Of a stretch of 64,000 nucleotides of DNA, positions 60,329 through 64,000 are shown piece after piece; position 1 is the first letter of the stretch, and the number at the start of each line of letters is the position of its first letter. This stretch comes from Ascidiella aspersa (taxonomy: Eukaryota): assembly GCA_963924565.1 (NCBI GenBank), contig OZ004614.1, forward strand, positions 8,060,001 through 8,124,000. The letters are read 5' to 3'. The notes under the pieces were generated by a model. That model did no database searches. It worked only from the letters and a program-made list of their open reading frames with translations, and was not told where the DNA came from. Both the position numbers and the translations under genes were made by a program.

Positions 60329-63300
60329 CAGCTTATCTTGTTCCAAAACATTTTTTGTCGGCAATATATTAGTTTATGGCCGCTCTTTTTTCATTGGCTT
60401 TTTTGTTGATGTTATACTCTTGAAGACAATATATTGCCAGAATTTGCTTTACATTTTTTCTTTCTGCTAAAAACCTTAAAAACCTTTGAAGAAAACTCTT
60501 AATCATCGGTTAAAAATAGCCAGGACTATTTCAGCAGAATGCTGTTTATTTTTATCTTCTTTTTTCTCCAACATTCTATGAAAAGCGGGTCATTTATTAT
60601 GTGTTTTATATAGTAGGGTGACTTAGTTTGACAATAAACACTTGGACCCCGAAAGGGGTGTAACCCGATCCCAAGGCCATTAGGCTGCCCGCAGATAACC
60701 AACTAATATCACTAAGTCACCCAAGTGGCATTCCGTCACGATTTTGGGGGGATTTTTCAAGCGAAAGTCAATAAAAATACACCCGGTTTTACTATATTTT
60801 TAACACCAAGCTGTCTGCTATAACAGCCAAGGACTGTCGAGTATATGAAGTGACATTTGCTTGATCCAGCCCTGAGCTGTTCCGGCATTATAGAAAACCA
60901 AATAAACCCCTGATGCGAATAGCCGGCCAAACCCTGATTGCTTCCAACTTGATTGTTTTGAAGCAGTGCAGCTATTTTCCTTCTAAATCGCGTCAGACGA
61001 CGTGATATTGTGCGATGGCCAGAGACTTAAAGTTGCGCCATTGCGGTTCCGTTTAAACCAGAAATTTTAGGATTTTAGGGGCGCCGAACGTATTGCTTGT
61101 CGTTCGGAAGTTTTGACGTTTTATTTGGCACCTTCTTTCATCTTGGGGTGACGTTTTGACGTTTTGACGTTTTTATTGCCACCTTCTGTCATACGAAAGG
61201 TGGTTTCGTTCAATTTGCATTCGCGCGAATTTTAAAGTGGATATATGTAGCCCACCCTGAAGGTACTTCAAGTCTTTTCGGATATCTGCCAACCGACGCC
61301 TATGATATTTTATTGCCTTGGATTGGTGGTTTACACATTTTTTCGAGGTTTCTAACCTTCCATTCGACCGTTGTTAAACCCTGCATACCAAACAGTGTAA
61401 GAAAAAACAATTTTGCTATCTTGTACTGTTATACTAGATCAAAAATACACAAACATGCAAGAGGTTTTTTGTACAGCGCGAGGCATTTTAGATTACATGT
61501 CCATTCAACTGTATATTGCCAAGAGTCCATATGTTGCGACACCGCTATTTTACACTTACCTCTATAATGGTAGTTCAGGTGTACAGGTTCAGAACCGCTA
61601 TATTAAAAAAAGCTTGGCCGGGTAAAATAACAACATGGGTGGCGAACAATTATTGCGACAAGCAAACTAAACTAAACAGTCGCAGGTGAACGTGACATAA
61701 ACAAGTAGTGTTTTGATGGTGGACCTATCGCGAGCGCAAGTCATCAAGAACGATCGTAAATATTTGCGCGAGACCTCGTTTGACTTCTGCCACTCTTCCA
61801 ACAAAACCGCTTCAACGCTCGTTTTCCTTATTAGCAGTCACGTGACACACACGAAACTGAAGCCAGGTGTCGCGAGCACACTTGGTCAATTGAGGTTGTC
61901 GTCGTTGAACTTCCGATGCGATTCAAACCTTTTTAAATTTTCCGCCAATATTAAAATAGTGCTTTGAAGCCGCTGTACAACCCATTTAAACACCTGTCAG
62001 CCGACGACATAAAACTATACACAACAGTTGCTTTAATTACGTGAAAAAAATCGCTACTTTTCGGATAAAACACATCAATCTTCGGTTTACTGTTAAAAAT
62101 CCGATAGCTGTCTTGTGACTAATCGTGACCGATCGCCTATGAACGACTTAATATAGATGCGACTGCCAACCCGTTGACCTCTATCTCTCTCGTTCACGGC
62201 GGCCGATCCTCTACCGACCCGGATTGTTTGACATCTAGAGGTCACGGGGTCACAGGGGTCACCTTACGGCACTTCAAAAGCGCCCGACAAGCTCAGCCTA
62301 GCTGTCTTGTTGTTTTGATGGATAGCACGCACGCGTCGTAATCGGCGTGGTTTTAGAAAGGACTTAAATCTTACAAACGCTCACTTTGGCTTCTTGGTGG
62401 TGGACTGACGCCTAGTGAGCGCATCTGTGTACATTTGCCGGTTATGTAATGTTCGGTATGCGTGGGACTTTGGGATCTTGTGTAAACGTCCCCTGTCGCG
62501 GTACGTCTGGCTGAGGAGGCCACTTGGAAGCATCAGCGCTTTAAAAGTATCCATTTTCGATCGAAATGTATGCTAAAAAGGCATCAGAATGACATCGGTA
62601 TTTAACGAGATACTTGCTACCCCAAATGGCCGGGTATCTAATTTTCTGTTTTTTTGCCATCAATTTACCAACAGTTCGCCAATTGGTGAAACAATATTGT
62701 TGTTTTCCAGCTTAAAATCATTTAAAAACTCAATAATCCTAACAAAAAATAAATTAAAAACCTAATAGATTTTACTGTCCACAAACAGAATCGTTATGTC
62801 GTATATAAATGCATATACACGAAAAACATTTTCTTCGCAAATGAAACATAAATCAAGAAACACAAAACATACGTTTTTTAGCTTTTAAAAGCAAAACTTA
62901 CGGTCTTTTGCTTAATAACAGTTAAAGCTCATTTCTCCGCGGTCGCTTCTCCATCGATTTCGGCGCTTGGCCGTCGTCCTAAAAAGGATCTCCTGCGGGT
63001 TTTGATCCTTCCGATCCCCCCTTTACCCTCTCGAGCAACGAAAACACCCCCGAAGAGCTTCTATTGTCCCCGGCGACGTTCGGAGTGCGTTGCGTTACGC
63101 AAGGGCGGCCGCGAAATACACAGACGTCGCTCGTGTGATTTTAGCCACTTTGCCGCCTGCCGCGTAGCGTCGTGTTGCTGTAATGTCCACTAATCCTAGT
63201 GCTTTGGGATAAGAAGCGAGCGTGTTGCCAGTAAAAAGTTTAGCACACAAGCCGGGACAACCGGCTGTAAAATCGAAATATTCAAGCACCCGCCTTATGA

Positions 63301-64000
63301 AAATTGCTCAGATCCAGTTTCACAACTTGCTGAACAAGCAGCTCATCTAAAGTTATGACACGCTGATACGAATATGAAAAAAAAAACTTTCATGGTCTTC
63401 CGTTTTCGATCTACAATTGTGGCGGAAAGAGGGTCTAAAATTAATAAGTGTACAAAACACCGATCAGTTTGAAACATGCCCATTAAAAGCTATTTTACCG
63501 AGTCATTTTTTTAGTTTTTTGTTACGATTTGCGTTTAGAATTGCGCACTTTCAACAATAGGAAGTCTATAAATTTTCCGCCAATTATTTCATGTCATATA
63601 TATGAAAAATCATGCTTAAAATCTCTGTGTGGCATTGTCAGCCAAAATATCAATATAAAATAAAAACGCATTTAGAGCAAAATCGCCCTGAAATATCAAG
63701 GCGTCTCCAGCCACTCCATGTATCACCCCTTAAACAGGCGTACTTCCTGAATATAAGCTCGGATATGCGCCACAGGTGCGCCTAGATATAGCGGCCAATC
63801 AGTGGCAAGCAAAATACGCTGACAGATGTGGCAGCGAGCTATGGTGACCCATCGCCTCTATGTGGGGTCCGCTGATTACGGTAAACGGCAGCCGGTTACC
63901 GAAACCGCGCGCACCCCTGTTACGCATAATTTCACGCGCTTGACGTGGGTCCTCGTGGGGGCACGTAAGGCCCCATTAGCACCGTTCGCTTACCCAATCG

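Noticed and set aside
1-64000. Autonomous transposon or Penelope RT/GIY-YIG coding sequence, or a nested gene
   Set aside because: None recognised in any frame; short or diverged exons cannot be excluded without BLASTX or RNA-seq.

Overview
Animal genomic DNA, probably an invertebrate chordate such as a tunicate (inferred from AT-rich CpG-retaining introns, frequent TGACGTCA and closeness to vertebrate FREM2). The window lies inside one + strand gene, a FREM2/FREM3-like (ECM3-type) extracellular matrix protein. I reconstructed 12 GT-AG exons (2,028 nt, 676 codons, one open frame) encoding the last CSPG repeats and Calx-beta domains 1, 2 and the start of 3. The start and stop codons lie outside the window. 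About 97% of the window is intron, including a 31.3-kb intron (17525-48822). The introns carry hAT-type and TTAA-flanked MITEs, tRNA-SINE-like B-box remnants, short tandem duplications and hairpins. Two signals stand out. (1) At least three families of short palindromic elements have arms that are minimal type I hammerhead ribozymes (Penelope pLTR type) set head-to-head; antisense copies tend to keep intact cores while sense copies are damaged. (2) GC/CpG-rich islands alternate with AT-rich troughs at roughly 1-kb spacing, with A/C-rich left flanks and T/G-rich right flanks. Almost all ORF-track entries are spurious. All calls are by eye; comparisons to human FREM2 are from recall and need alignment.
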